A stretch of 63,812 nucleotides of DNA, filler included, from Octopus bimaculoides (GCF_001194135.2; 8 parts of 8 records of this genome joined end to end with filler, not necessarily neighbours in it); one strand, 5' to 3'. Shown: positions 39,723 to 53,242, numbered from the whole stretch's first letter. Translations and numbers: made by a program. Notes: a model not told the origin generated them from the letters alone.

Positions 39723-40429
39723 ATGCATTTGACTTGTATATACGGTGAAATTATATTAAACTTTCATTTTTTTAAATCTTTTACTTGTGTCGGTCATTGG
39801 ACTTCAGCCATGTTGGAGTACCTCCATAAAGAGTTTAGTCAAACAAATCGACTCCAGTACTGTCCTATTGCTCCCTTTATTCCTGGGTTGGTATAGGGTT
39901 AACTGAGAAGCCAATATAACCAATCGGACATGCAGTTGGATCAAATCGGAAATCTCTAGACATCAATGACGATCTATGATTTTCATGTCAAAATTTTTGT
40001 TACCTTTTTACGCATAAGCCCGCGTCTAATTCCCTGGAGGTATGAGTTAGTTTCTAGCTTTAAATACGTTTCAGCTCTAATCAAACACACCTTTGTCCAA
40101 ACTGTTCTTAGTCCGAACGATCTGCCATTCAGTAATAGTTTACCAACGATTATATCTTCTCAAAGACCATATTAATACGCTAAAGTGTCACTTGAGATTT
40201 AGGTGTTAATTCATGTGATTATATAGGGTCATGGCACATACATGTATACACACCTTCACACATAATCACGGATACATATACAAATGAACACATACACATG
40301 ATAGGCAACAGAGTAAATACATCTGTAACTAATGAGGTAGTTACACGTAGAAATTGTGTGATTTTAATTGTGCCAAATTCCACACTACTTTCTTTAGCGA
40401 TTTGCATATATAGGCTCTGAACGTTTTCT

Positions 40430-40780
40430 ATATTTCCTCAGGCTGACCAAAGACTTATGAGTGGACTTGGTAGCCGGAAACTGAAAGAAGCCCGTCGTAT
40501 ATATATTATATGTGTGTGTGCGTGCGTTCGGGCGTCCGTGTGTGTGTATGTGTGAGGGTGTGTGTGAGGGTGTGTGTGAGTGTGTTTGTATGTTTGGTAC
40601 CCACCACTTCACAACTGGCGTTGCTGTGTTCACAATCCCGTGACCATAGCACATGGGTAAACATTGAAAGTGTAGCTACCGGGCTTTAAAAAAATAAGTA
40701 CCGGAGTCGTTTCATTCGATTTAAAATTCTTCGATGCAGTGCCACAGCATGGCCATAGTTTAATGACTGAAATAAGTGAA
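40430..40780 (+). mobile_element. SINE family A, 5'-truncated
   Basis: GGCTGACCAAAGACTTATGAGTGGA...GAAACTGAAAGAAGCCCGTCG...CAGCATGGCC. Confidence 0.8.
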
Positions 40781-41404
40781 AGATAAAAGAGAAAAGATAA
40801 CAATTCCATTTTAATGCCGAATACAACGTGTTAAAACTGTGGCATAGGCGAAGCACAAATATTTTTCGCGTTTCTTCGTTTTACAGATTGTAGTATCTGA
40901 TTCTTTGTTGGATCAAAAGATAAGAACGTTTAATTTTCTTCCTGGTATGCTATTTAAATTTTGTTTCATTCATGTACAATATACGGGCGTTGCTGTTCAT
41001 TATCCTAACTCTAAATTAAAGAAGCTTAGGGATTATTTGCAGATTGTAATACACTTTAATGCTATCCACACACACCTGGTTTTAGTTGGTTATCTTTCCT
41101 TCTAATTTAGTTCTTCGTGCTCTTATGCTAATCGTAATTCTGATGTTATGATGTTCAATTATTTTTGAACCAATGCTTGCTTTTTAATTTGATTCCTTTT
41201 AGTGTTATTTTCGAATGATTCCGCTTTTGTTTGCTTTGTAAGTCTCTGAAATGCGTCAACCCGATAAGATATTGCGTATTTTTGTGAACACCACGACGAA
41301 TTCTTGCGTTATAGAAACGGAACACGAAAGTATCATTCATCTTTTATTTGATTTAATCATTAGATTGCCGCCAGGATGAGGCACCGCCTTCGGGAATGTC
41401 TAAT

Positions 41405-41715
41405 GTAATGAATCGGCCCCAGTACTTACTTTTTTTTAAAGATAGATACATATTCTATCGGGCTTATTACTGAACCGCTAACTAAGGGGACATAAACACG
41501 CCAACACCGATTGTTAGGTGGCTGTGGGGAAAACATAGACACAAAGACACACTTAAATATACATATGCGTGTTTGTGTGTATGTATGTTTGTGTGCATGA
41601 CGGGATTCTTTCAGTTTCCGCCTATCAAATACACTCACAAGGCTTTATTCCACCTGACTCTATAGTAGAAGGCAACATACAGTGAGACTGAACCAGGATA
41701 CATGTGGTCGGGAAG
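41405..41715 (-). mobile_element. SINE family A copy
   Basis: Reverse complement homology to 47140-47552. Confidence 0.8.
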
Positions 41716-41789
41716 CAAGCTTTTCCCAGAATTTTGTTGAATTTATTCTTTACTGTCTGGTTTTAAGAATAATTTTATTCTTTTATTCA

Positions 41790-42396
41790 TTTACTTGTTT
41801 CAGTCATTTGACTACGGCCATGCTGGAGAACGACCTTTACTCGAACAAAAATCGACGACAGGACTTATTCTTTGTATGCCTACTACTTATTCTATCAATC
41901 ACTTTTGCCGAAGCGCTAGGTTACGAGGCCGTAAACACAACAATATCAATTGTCAAGCGATGGTGGGGGACAAACACAGACACACAAATATGTACATACA
42001 TATATACACACATACGACATACACACACATATATACATACGATACACACACGCACACATACACACACACACACACANNNNNNNNNNNNNNNNNNNNNNNN
42101 NNNNNNNNNNNNNNNNNNNNNNNNNNNNNNNNNNNNNNNNNNNNNNNNNNNNNNNNNNNNNNNNNNNNNNNNNNNNNNNNNNNNNNNNNNNNNNNNNNNN
42201 NNNNNNNNNNNNNNNNNNNNNNNNNNNNNNNNNNNNNNNNNNNNNNNNNNNNNNNNNNNNNNNNNNNNNNNNNNNNNNNNNNNNNNNNNNNNNNNNNNNN
42301 NNNNNNNNNNNNNNNNNNNNNNNNNNNNNNNNNNNNNNNNNNNNNNNNNNNNNNNNNNNNNNNNNNNNNNNNNNNNNNNNNNNNNNNNNNNNNNNN

Positions 42397-42432
<36 letters not shown>

Positions 42433-42590
42433 GATGCCTTTCAGTTTCCGACTACCAAATCCGCTCACAAGGCTTTTATCGGTCCGAGGATATAGTAGAA
42501 GACACTTGGTCAAGATGCCACGCAGTAGGACTGAACCCGGAACCATGTTGTTGGAGAGTAATCTTCTTACCACACAGCAACGCCTGCCTC
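41790..42590 (-). mobile_element. SINE family A, near full length, split by an N-gap
   Basis: TTACTTGTTTCAGTCATTTGACTACGGCCATGCTGGAG...GGACTGAACCCGGAACCATG...ACCACACAGC. Confidence 0.85.
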
Positions 42591-43799
42591 TTTGTTGATT
42601 AATTCTAAACTTATGGAACTGGCTCCCGAAAGTATGCTTCATTTGAATGAAAGACATGTTCTATTCTTGTTTATTATTTATTCTGCGAGTGCGATGTGAT
42701 ATGAAGTAAGGAGAGAGAGCAGAACAGTAATGTGGTTTATGATGATCGTTACTCCATGTTTCGAGCAGAAAACAGTCTTTGCAGAATATTTAATGTGTTT
42801 ACCATATTGAGCTACATGTGTTTGTGTGTGTGTGTTAATAAAGGTGATTTAGCTTACCATGTGATTGTATGAAATAGTTTGTCTTCTTCATGCATGCAAT
42901 ATATATGGCAAATCAGAAGTAAAATAAAAGCAAGTACAACTAAAAACAAAAAAATCATTTGAACGTACATAGTCAATATCTTAGATTGATGCTCAGTGAC
43001 AATTTTAGATAGAAAAATAGGAGTGATATTTCGAGCATGTCTCTTCGTCGGAGAGTGTATAAAGTGTAGAGAGAAGCAAATGGGGGGAGGAGCAGAGCTC
43101 CAGAAAAGCACGTCTATTTTTGCATAACCGAAAAGCTTATATCATGGACCCTTACCTGACTTCTTAATATTCTCACGGTTTGGTAGAATATTAAGTTTTT
43201 GTTAGTGGGTCTTATACGGTTTTATGGTGAAGATTGATGGGGTATATATTCTTGTTTGATGCATAATTCTGCTTTGTGTTGTGTTTCATATCTTAAGTAA
43301 TATATATTTCTAAGGTATTGTCCTGTTTCTTGAACGTCTGTGTGTTATGTGCATGTAACGAACGGATGATTTGTATATAGCTCCAACACAGTGTTACCTG
43401 TTATTAAATTTGCTTTAGTTTTCTGCAATTATTCAGACATATGAGAAGAAGACTTTATCCTCAGAATGGAAACCTGTTGAGAATGTTAAAAATGTGTCTT
43501 TTGCGACAAAGCAAATGAGGCCATAGTGGTTGGCATTAAAGCAGCTGACAGAATGTTCTCATATTAAAGAAAAACACATGATTAGCCACTCATTTCTATT
43601 CTTCAAATCAAAATGAACTGCTTAGCCTTGCAGTTATAAAATCACGCGCAGGCATCCATCTGTATATGTATCTAAGAAATTGTAAATGAACGTATCTGTT
43701 ATGAATATATGTTATGAATATATGTTAAAATGAACGTATCCGTTATGAATATATGTTAAATAGGATAATGACATCTTTCTGTCAGTAGGCATGGTGCTG

Positions 43800-43950
43800 T
43801 AAGGCAGCGAGTTGGCAAAGTTCTTAGCACGATGTGAAACTACATTGCGTCATTTCATCGCTCTTTACGTTCTGAGTTCAAATGCTACCGTACTCCACTT
43901 TGCATTAAACCTTATCGAGGGTCGACAAAATAAGTGCAAGTCGAGCACTT
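43800..43950 (+). mobile_element. SINE family M (diverged)
   Basis: GGCAGCGAGTTGGCA...TTCTGAGTTCAAAT...GAGGGTCGACAAAATAAG. Confidence 0.65.
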
Positions 43951-44158
43951 ATGCTCGTGCTGCTGTTGTGTAGATAGAAGGAAACTATACAGAGTAGTTA
44001 CACACACGAATTTACAGACAACCTATGAATCACGCAACAGAATCAGAATGTAAATCGGCAAAAGATAAGACATTGTTTCACTGATGACACTGGTGGCAAG
44101 CACCAAAATATTTGGTCAGAGTGCAGAGTGAGTATAAGTGCAGAGAGAGTATAATATA

Positions 44159-44254
44159 TTTGTTGTAAAGATTGTTTGCCAGCATAACATGGCAGTCCTG
44201 GTTTAGGACTAATGTTGCTGCGATGTTATGTTGGCAAACAATCTTTACTACAAA
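44159..44254. repeat. 96-nt near-perfect inverted repeat (hairpin)
   Basis: Arms 44165-44190 and 44223-44248 pair 25/26 plus one G-U; 5 extra basal bp; inner AGTCCT/AGGACT with a 5-nt loop. Confidence 0.92.
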
Positions 44255-45114
44255 GTACTGTTGCTGATTATCTCACGTTGTGAGATTTAAAAAAAAATAG
44301 TAATTTTCTACGATATATATGCTCGTCTGCAAATCATCTCATTAGTTTCAAATTAGAAATCTCAAAAATACTGTGTTCTATATGAAAGAAATGTTTTCTC
44401 AAAATAAGGTTCACTGAATGTTGTTTGTATGGAGACATTTTCTTAATTACATTGACATTTTTATTGCATGCATTTTCATACATATACCTTAATTAGAATA
44501 TATTTCTATGCTCGCATTCCATCTAAGGCTTTCCTACCAATCTGATGTAAAGCAATAGAGGTACCAATTGAGGTACGAATCAGACGAGCTAAATTTTGAT
44601 CGTGAGAATATCTTTATTAACGTAAATATACAAACTGGAATTCAGGTTGTGATACGAAAATTGACATATTTAATTAATAAAGAATTTAAGTGCTTATATA
44701 TATATGCTAAACGCTACACATCTTGATACAGAACAAAGCTTCAAACAAATTGTTAAATATATTTATATAACAGTAATTTAAAGAATGATACTTAACATAT
44801 TAAGATGAGTGTTGCTTGTAGGATGTAGTTCTAGAACGTGACATTACCACATTTGGAAAGAGCATCAATGAAAATGATTGTGGAGTGTTGGAGTAGGCCT
44901 TGTTTGTGTGAAAATGAATTTTAAATCTGTTGTATTTTATCTAATTGAAGGACCTATAATATGTATGTGGAACGCTATTGCTCGGGCTAATACATACACT
45001 TCACTTAGAAAACTAACGTTATATATTGTAGTGTTAACACGTATTCTCACAGTTCTTTCAGAATACATGTGACCGTTGGAATATTTTTTAATTAAATACC
45101 TTATATGTTTACCA

Positions 45115-45330
45115 CAAAAATATTCTTTTCTATTCTAGGCACAAGGCCAGATATATTTGGGGGAGGGGCCCAGTCGATTATATCGACTCCATTACGCAAC
45201 GGATACCAAATTATCGACACTGAAAGGATAAAAGACAGAATCGACCTCGGCGGAATTTGAACTCCGAACGTAAAAACAGACGAAATACTGCTAAGCATTT
45301 CACCCGGCATGCTAACTTTTCTGCCAGCTC
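45115..45330 (-). mobile_element. SINE family M copy
   Basis: GGCACAAGGCCAG...GGATAAAAGACAGAATCGACCTCGGCGGAATTTGAACTC...CTGCCAGCTC. Confidence 0.8.
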
Positions 45331-45735
45331 ATTGCCTTGTTTACCACAAAATATTATTGTATTATTTATGAACAACTGGATAGGTTGCACGACTAACAGC
45401 AGGTTATCTTGTGACTTATTCTCACCTGTGCTTCCGTTTAAATTCTGCTTGCATCGAACAAGTTCGTCGTGAGCACTCGTAATATTTTTTACCATTACTA
45501 TAACGTATTCGCTAATTGGGCTTCACGCCTGCTATACGAATACCTTTCTTCTCCACAATTCTATAGACACACAAACTTCCAAGCATACAACCGGACGCGC
45601 ACAAACACATGCAGACACACATGCATATACATTTGTATAAATATATCAATAATATATATACATGTATATAATATATATATATATATATATANNNNNNNNN
45701 NNNNNNNNNNNNNNNNNNNNNNNNNNNNNNNNNNN

Positions 45736-45747
45736 TTAATTAATTAA
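45736..45747. other. Artificial six-frame-stop scaffold linker
   Basis: 44N-TTAATTAATTAA-44N. Confidence 0.95.
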
Positions 45748-47139
45748 NNNNNNNNNNNNNNNNNNNNNNNNNNNNNNNNNNNNNNNNNNNNAAGGTACGT
45801 ATTGTGTTCACTACAACATGAAATACTGATTTTGTGATTTGGTTGCAACTGGTACTTACTACACCTCTACATGGGGGCCAACAAATCTGCTAGAAATAGT
45901 AACCAAATTCTTTCATATATTCTAAATGCAGTGAAGGTCACGTCTAGAATGCATTTAATCCTGGGTCTGTCAGATCAAAAATGACCGTGGGTTAAACACC
46001 CCACCATCATTACCAATAATAACATCCAACTACTCACATGCTATAGGTCTATTTCAGCTTGAGTAACGCTGAGCTTGAGCTAAGCAACAACATCAACAAT
46101 AACAACAAGAGAAATAACAATAGAAAGCATACAAGAAGAGACTGAAAAACAGAAGCATCCATGAAGCCAAAACCCATAATATAAACCCTTTCGTATGAGA
46201 TTATTTAGTGTGGTCCTTAACTAGTGATACGAAAGGTTTATATCTTGACGTTTATGTAAATATCAAATTAACTGAGTTAGAGCGTTGCACAAAATACTTC
46301 GAGTTATTTTTTTCCAGCTCTTTACGTCCAGAGTTCGAAACGGGAGTGCAGGAATCAAAAGGGTGACCAAGTTTGTTCGCGGTTACTCGGGTCCCTGAAA
46401 CACCAGTGAAAGTATAGTTCGTGCTGCTTCCATGTCATACTTGATTATACGTGACAGCCGGGTTAACACCTTATTCATTGCAATTAGTGTTTGAAATTGA
46501 ACGCTTCACGTTTGAAATTGCTCATCTGCCTGATTAGTGGATTCATTTGAGCTCTAGACATATCTTTTGTTTATGCTTATCGATCTTGGATGTGGGTGAA
46601 GCCAGAAACGAAACCTGTCGAGGGCAGCACTGTCTTTGATCCTTCCAGAGTCGATAAATAAGGGTCAAGAAATCTTGCTGTATTTATTCCGGATCTTTGC
46701 GTTTTGAGTTCGTATCCTGCCGTGGTTGGCTTTGGTGATCCACTTAAACCGTCGCTCAGTTTAACACTATAAACTGGCCCTTGGTTGCGTTTTGCTGGGT
46801 GTTCTATGTTGCAAGCTTTTGGATCAGGGTTTCTAGTTTGAGGATATCTTCCTTCCCACCCCCCATGTCTCGGAGGCTCTATAACGGTTCATCAACATTG
46901 ATTAATCTTCAAAAACGCACATTAGATTTCATATGCGTGATTAAATAAAGGTGGTCTTTTATATGAATAGTTCGGAGAAGCAGATACCGTGCATTAAACT
47001 TATCTCATGGCCTTTGAAAGCGATGGTAGCAAAGTGGTAATTATTCCCATACCAGAGATCATGGTTCGAATGCTTGTAACTCCGCTAAAGGCAACTGAAC
47101 AACAAAACCAAGACAATATATTTGTAGATTTTATAGATA

Positions 47140-47304
47140 GGCGCAGGAGTGGCTGTGTAGTAAGTAGCTTGCTTACCAACCACATGGTTCCGGGTTCAGT
47201 CCCACTGCGTGGCATCTTGGGCAAGTGTCTTCTACTATAGCCTCGGGCCGACCAAAGACTTGTGAGTGGATTTGGTTGACGGAAAGAAGCCCGTCGTATA
47301 TATG

Positions 47305-47337
<33 letters not shown>

Positions 47338-47552
47338 ACGTGTGTTTGTGTGTCTGTGTTTGTCCCCCTAGCATTGCTTGACAACCGATGCTGGTGTGTT
47401 TATGTCCCCGTCACTTAGCGGTTCGGCAAAAGAGACCAATAGAATAAGTACTAGGCTTACAAAGAATAAGTGCCGGGGGCGATTTGCTCGACTGAAGGCG
47501 GTGCTCCAGCATGGCCGCAGTCAAATGACTGAAGCAAGTAAAGAGTAAAGAG
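47140..47552 (+). mobile_element. SINE family A, full-length reference copy (tRNA-like head, internal TA/TG microsatellite)
   Basis: A-box-like TGGCTGTGTAGTAAG, B-box-like GGTTCAGTCCC, CORE-like TTGGGCAAGT, (AAAGAGT)-type tail. Confidence 0.9.
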
Positions 47553-48302
47553 AGATATGAAATCTAAAGATATCTTCTGTAGTACATTATAGCAATGTAA
47601 ATGAAATCAAATTCTATAAAAAGTCTATGAATTTATTGTTCGATTTTGATGCCTATAAGAAGTGTTAAATATGCCAAAGCGTTTACCTAGTTCTCTTTAA
47701 CTCCTAATATTAGTGAGTCTATAAACAGTGTTCGTGGATAATTATCGAAGGTATACATTTGTTGATGACGATTTCGACAATAACTGAAATATACGTATTG
47801 CTCACTCTTTCTCTGCATTACTTATTATTCTTCGTAATTGTATAAAATATGAAATAACTATGATAAAATATTGCGTAACAAGTAATATGCAATTATATAT
47901 TGATCTTGCAGATTTCAATAGAATTAAATAGTGACAAAAATACGATTTATATGCAATAAAAATACTAACCCACCTTTCATTTTTAAATAGCTATTCTTAA
48001 TTTTTTTCCTTCCGTGGAATTTCCACGGGTCCCAATAGCGTGTATGTATGTATGTATGTATGTATGTACGAGTGTGTGTGTGTGTCTATGTATATATGTA
48101 GATAGGTATATATATGTATGTGTATATGTTTGTATATATATATATATATATATATGAATGTATATATATGTGCGTATGTATGTACGTATATATGAATATA
48201 TGTATATATATATGTATGTATGTATGTATGTATATGTATATATATGTGTGTGTGTATGTACATGTATATATATGTATACATACCTACATACATACATACA
48301 TA

Positions 48303-48485
48303 CCTTCGAAACGCGGAGTAGATAAAACAGAGGACAACTGATGAAGGGATTGTTCTTTATGTTGCCTGTCTCGTTTCTCTATTTGTTTCTTTCGTTGTCC
48401 GAAAAAAAGTTCGTTTTCAATGTTTTGACTTTTTTTATGTTCTCGTTTTCCATTTTGTTCACGTTTTTTTTGACGTCCTGTGCCC
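48303..48485 (+). mobile_element. ~180-bp dispersed repeat bounded by microsatellites; second copy at 57284-57449 (-)
   Basis: Shared CCTTCGAAACGC...GTAGAT...GGACAACTGATGAAGGG, then a T-rich body ending GT.CTGT.CCC. Confidence 0.8.
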
Positions 48486-48915
48486 ATATATGCATGAATA
48501 CATATACATATATATGTAGGTATGTACATATATGTATGTATATATGTATACATATATATATATATATGTTATTTATATTATTTATATTACACACACACAC
48601 ACACACACGTACACACACGCACACATATATATCGCTTGATCATTTGATCCACTACACTATCAGATGTTGTTTTACATCGCTGGTAACAAAGATTTGCATT
48701 GTTTTAGCTTTCGAATGATGCCACCCGACCGGCTAGTATGATTACAGGCTAACATTCCCCCACTGACTGGAATACTGGTCCATCGTATAGTTACGCATTT
48801 ACAGCTCAGTGGACTGGAGTAACGTGAAATTAAGTGTTAAGGAATTGAAACCACCGCAGTGAGTGCAAAACGTAATATGTATGTATGTATACTATTATAT
48901 ATAGTATATGTATAG

Positions 48916-48973
<58 letters not shown>

Positions 48974-49017
48974 NNNNNNNNNNNNNNNNNNNNNNNNNNN
49001 NNNNNNNNNNNNNNNNN

Positions 49018-49029
49018 TTAATTAATTAA
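49018..49029. other. Artificial six-frame-stop scaffold linker
   Basis: 44N-TTAATTAATTAA-44N. Confidence 0.95.
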
Positions 49030-49073
49030 NNNNNNNNNNNNNNNNNNNNNNNNNNNNNNNNNNNNNNNNNNNN

Positions 49074-49110
<37 letters not shown>

Positions 49111-49457
49111 TCACATTCTTATCTTATCCATTCATTCACACCCGGCCAAAGAATTACCCGTCCATCCAGCTATTTACCCATCTGTCTATCCATACAGCCA
49201 TTACCCAACATCTATTCATGCAGTCATCGTCCATCCATGTATCTAGACATCCAGCTATCCATTCCTCTATCCATCTTTTTATATATTCACTCATGTTTCT
49301 CGCCACCCAGCTATCCATCCACTTTCTCATCGATCATTGATCGATCGATCGATCCCTCCATCAATCAATCCATCCATCCATCCATTCATCCATCCATCCA
49401 TCCATTCACTCGTCCGTTCATCCATCCATCCATCCATCCATCCATCCATCCATCCAT

Positions 49458-49492
<35 letters not shown>

Positions 49493-50599
49493 TCCATCCA
49501 GCTACCTATCGATCGATCCGTCTTGCAGCCACCCACTCCTTATTCATCTTCCTGTTTATCAATTATATTAAAGTCAACATAGGTATGCAGACGAATCTCT
49601 GTATCCATACCTACATTCCACGCTTATATGCATACATCTCTTTACCAGAGACAATACACACACACACACGTATGTACGTAGTTTCTATATCCAAACCTAT
49701 ATAAATTAATATGCACATACATCTCTGTATCCATACCTATATCCCTAATATCCCCCTACACGCATGACTGTATCCATAGAAACAGACCTACGTATTGATT
49801 ACGTCACTTGCTACTAATGTTTATCAGCAGGACATTTGTTTTAAATTTCATTTTACCACCTGTTGCCTATATGTCTACAATAGTCAACTATAGGCAAATT
49901 TTCCTGGCATATACATATATTTGCCAGTAGGCTCCGTACAGGATCTATTCTTAACGGATTGCCTATTATTTATGATCTATTGATAGACTAAAGCATGTTC
50001 CCTAGTATTACTGTTTTCCTGATTAGAGCTGTCTCGGTCTGATATAGAGAATAAACGTTATTTTACTCTTTTACCTGTGTTGTACTATTGTAATGTATAT
50101 TGTACCACTACAATGACGATGACGGCGACCATCACCGCCAAAACATCACCACTACTAACACTAAAACAATACCATTCACTTCTAATAAGCATCACAAAAG
50201 TAACCACCGTTAACACAACCATCAATGATACAACCACCATTGCTCCAGCTATTCACCTTGTTTATCACAATCGCTAACACATCACCATAATAAAAATACA
50301 CGCCGCTACTTTGTCAACGTTAAGACAACTATCTCTGTCACTGCCATCGTTGCCATAAGCACAACCACAACTAATTTGTGGCAGCCATCATGGCTACGAC
50401 GCAAACCACTTTCATCGGTTCATTTTGCCAACGTCAATGACTTCGGATAAAAAAAAGTAAATAAATAAATAAAAATATAGAAAATAAAAATATACAACGG
50501 GACAATTTAATAATCTTGAATCCCTTTGAAGAAGTGCAACATTGTGCCTAAGTTATAAAATTATCATTACTATTGTTATTGTAGTGGGTGTAATATATT

Positions 50600-50825
50600 G
50601 ATAAATATTGATTTCAAATTGTGGAACAAGACCATCAAGTCTGGTGTTGGGGGTAAGTCGATCACATCGACCCCCCCACCCAGGGTTGAACTGGTATTTA
50701 TTTTATCGATCTCGAAACGATGAAAGGCAAAGACGAGCTCGGCTGAATTTGAACTCAGAACGTACAGACGGACGAAATGCCACTAAGCATTTTGTCCGGT
50801 GCACTACACTAACGATCCGGCTACT
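50600..50825 (-). mobile_element. SINE family M copy
   Basis: GATGAAAGGCAAAGACGAGCTCGGCTGAATTTGAACTCAGAACGTA. Confidence 0.8.
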
Positions 50826-51379
50826 CGTCGCTTTAATATATTGATTAATATTAATATAATAATTTCAAAGTCCTTTCACTTTGATGTTTTTTATCCTGAC
50901 ACAGGAAATGTTTGTAGTAATAAGTTAATGTAAAAAAAAAGAAAAAGAAAATTATTAAAGAAAGCGACCCTGGGAATGTTCACAAAATTATCAATATACA
51001 TCCCTACTCATCCAAAGTCTGGGAGCAACGTTTACACTAAGCTGTGCTGATGAGGTCTAATAAAGCTAAAACATATCCGATTTGTCATCGTACTGCAAAC
51101 GATGACTACCGCATTTTATTTCCTCCCTGCCGCATTCTGTTTCCATGCTGCTGCATTCTATTTCCAATTAATTAAATATAAATGACTAATTCCTTGTCTT
51201 CTATAACCAAAAGTATTCACTAAGATTATGATTGGTTCTCATAAAAATTTTGATCAATTAATTTTTTTTTTTTTTTGCCCATTACATCAAGTATGGTAGC
51301 GATCATTTTACTACTAACCGAATTGGTTGGCATAGAAAATATATATGAGACCAAAAGAGGAACACAGAACATGAGACTG

Positions 51380-51608
51380 GTACAGAAAGTATATTGGTTT
51401 CAAAGTTTCTAGTACAAGGCCAGCAAATTCGGGGGATGGGATAAGTCGATTGCATTGATGCCAGTGTGCAAATGGTACTTATTTTATTGACCCCAGAAAA
51501 GATGAAATGCAAAGTCGACCTTGACGGAATTTGAATTCAGAACGTAAAGACGGACGAAATGCTGCTGAACATTTTGTCCAGCGTGCTAACGATTCAGCCA
51601 GCTCGCCG
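51380..51608 (-). mobile_element. SINE family M copy
   Basis: GATGAAATGCAAAGTCGACCTTGACGGAATTTGAATTCAGAACGTAAAGACGGACGAAATG. Confidence 0.85.
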
Positions 51609-52094
51609 ATTTGGTATACGAAAAGTATATTAAACGATAACTAGGAGACACGTGCAGGAACATACTGACATAAACTATCTATTAAACAATACGCTTATAA
51701 GTATATTTATTACACCATGTACTTGGCTTATGAACCTATTGAATGATTGCTTCACAAAAAATCTTATTAAGTAATAGCTTAAAATAAGGAACCGATTTAG
51801 AAATGACCTGCTTGACACAGAGTCGCATATTAATTTTTGATAACTAAAAAAGCCATTTGTCAGAAGTAAGATATTTGGAATAATCAATGGTTAGAAAAAA
51901 TAATGGTTTGGTTCTGGGTAACTGAGATTCTACTAAGTCTTAATCGCGAGCCATCATATTTTTTTTTTATCAGGATTTATCCTCGCGAAATAGATTTTAA
52001 TACAAGGCTACAAATCATATCCTTAAAAAGAAATAATTTATGCTATGCGTTCTATAAATCACCTTGTAAAAATTCACTCAACCTAATATATATT

Positions 52095-52262
52095 CGTCTC
52101 AAATTTTGGCACAAAGCCAGCAATTTCGAGGAAGGGGTAGGTCGATTACATCAAAAGGATGAAGGGCGAAGTCGACTTTGGCGGCATTTGAACCCAAAAT
52201 GTAAAGATGGACGAAATGCCGCTAAGCATTTTCCCGGCGCACTAACCATTCTATCAGCTCGT
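52095..52262 (-). mobile_element. SINE family M copy with internal deletion
   Basis: GGATGAAGGGCGAAGTCGACTTTGGCGGCATTTGAAC. Confidence 0.75.
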
Positions 52263-52588
52263 GGCCTTGAATAATATATTAGATATTTAATTATATGTGT
52301 TTAGAAAGTTCTACTTGAGAGGCATGGCAGTGCTTAATGCTTCGAAATAATTATTGTTAAAATAAACAAAACAAAGTCGAAATCACGAACCTTTGGCGCT
52401 ATATTCCAGTGTTCTTTTTATACGTTACTATGAATGTAGAATTATATATATCTGTGTAGGTACGTAGATATATATACATAGATACAAAACATGCATACAT
52501 GGATACTTACACGCATTTATACATTTATACTCGCATATATACATTCACACACACACACACACTCACACACAATTGTATGTGAGTATAT

Positions 52589-52631
<43 letters not shown>

Positions 52632-52819
52632 TAATGCATACACATATACATACGCATGCGCGCACACACATTTCAACGATCAGTTTGGGACTTCACAATA
52701 CCCACACTATCAGTAAATGTTCAGTTGTTGGTCTTAAAAATGATTTAAAATAGTATATTATTTTTACATATGCATGTGTGTATATGTATAAATGTTTCCA
52801 TCCATCCATCCATCCATCC

Positions 52820-52865
<46 letters not shown>

Positions 52866-53064
52866 TTATTTATCTATCTATTTGTTTGTCCAGCAATATG
52901 TACACATAAGTGCATATATACGCACATACATTACATACACACATGTATGTATGTATGTATGTATGTATGCATGTATATTTATAGTTCATATATACATACA
53001 TATAATATATATATGTATATATATGTAAATATATATATATATGTATATATGTATATATGTATAT

Positions 53065-53096
<32 letters not shown>

Positions 53097-53140
53097 NNNN
53101 NNNNNNNNNNNNNNNNNNNNNNNNNNNNNNNNNNNNNNNN

Positions 53141-53152
53141 TTAATTAATTAA
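53141..53152. other. Artificial six-frame-stop scaffold linker
   Basis: 44N-TTAATTAATTAA-44N. Confidence 0.95.
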
Positions 53153-53242
53153 NNNNNNNNNNNNNNNNNNNNNNNNNNNNNNNNNNNNNNNNNNNNGCTG
53201 AAGAATCCACGCTTAATTGGGAAGACTTTTGTTGCAGAATCA

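Noticed and set aside
39990-40165. Minus-strand open frame of about 50 codons ending at AAG|gtaaca
   Set aside because: No homology, and joining it to the 42858 candidate creates TGA.
47140-47215. tRNA gene
   Set aside because: tRNA-like A/B boxes are SINE heads; no cloverleaf or acceptor stem.
51040-51085. CTGATGAGG...AAAACATAT as a hammerhead ribozyme
   Set aside because: GAAA, GUH and stem I cannot be satisfied; at best a very decayed relic. A similar near-miss at about 22820-22855 was also rejected.
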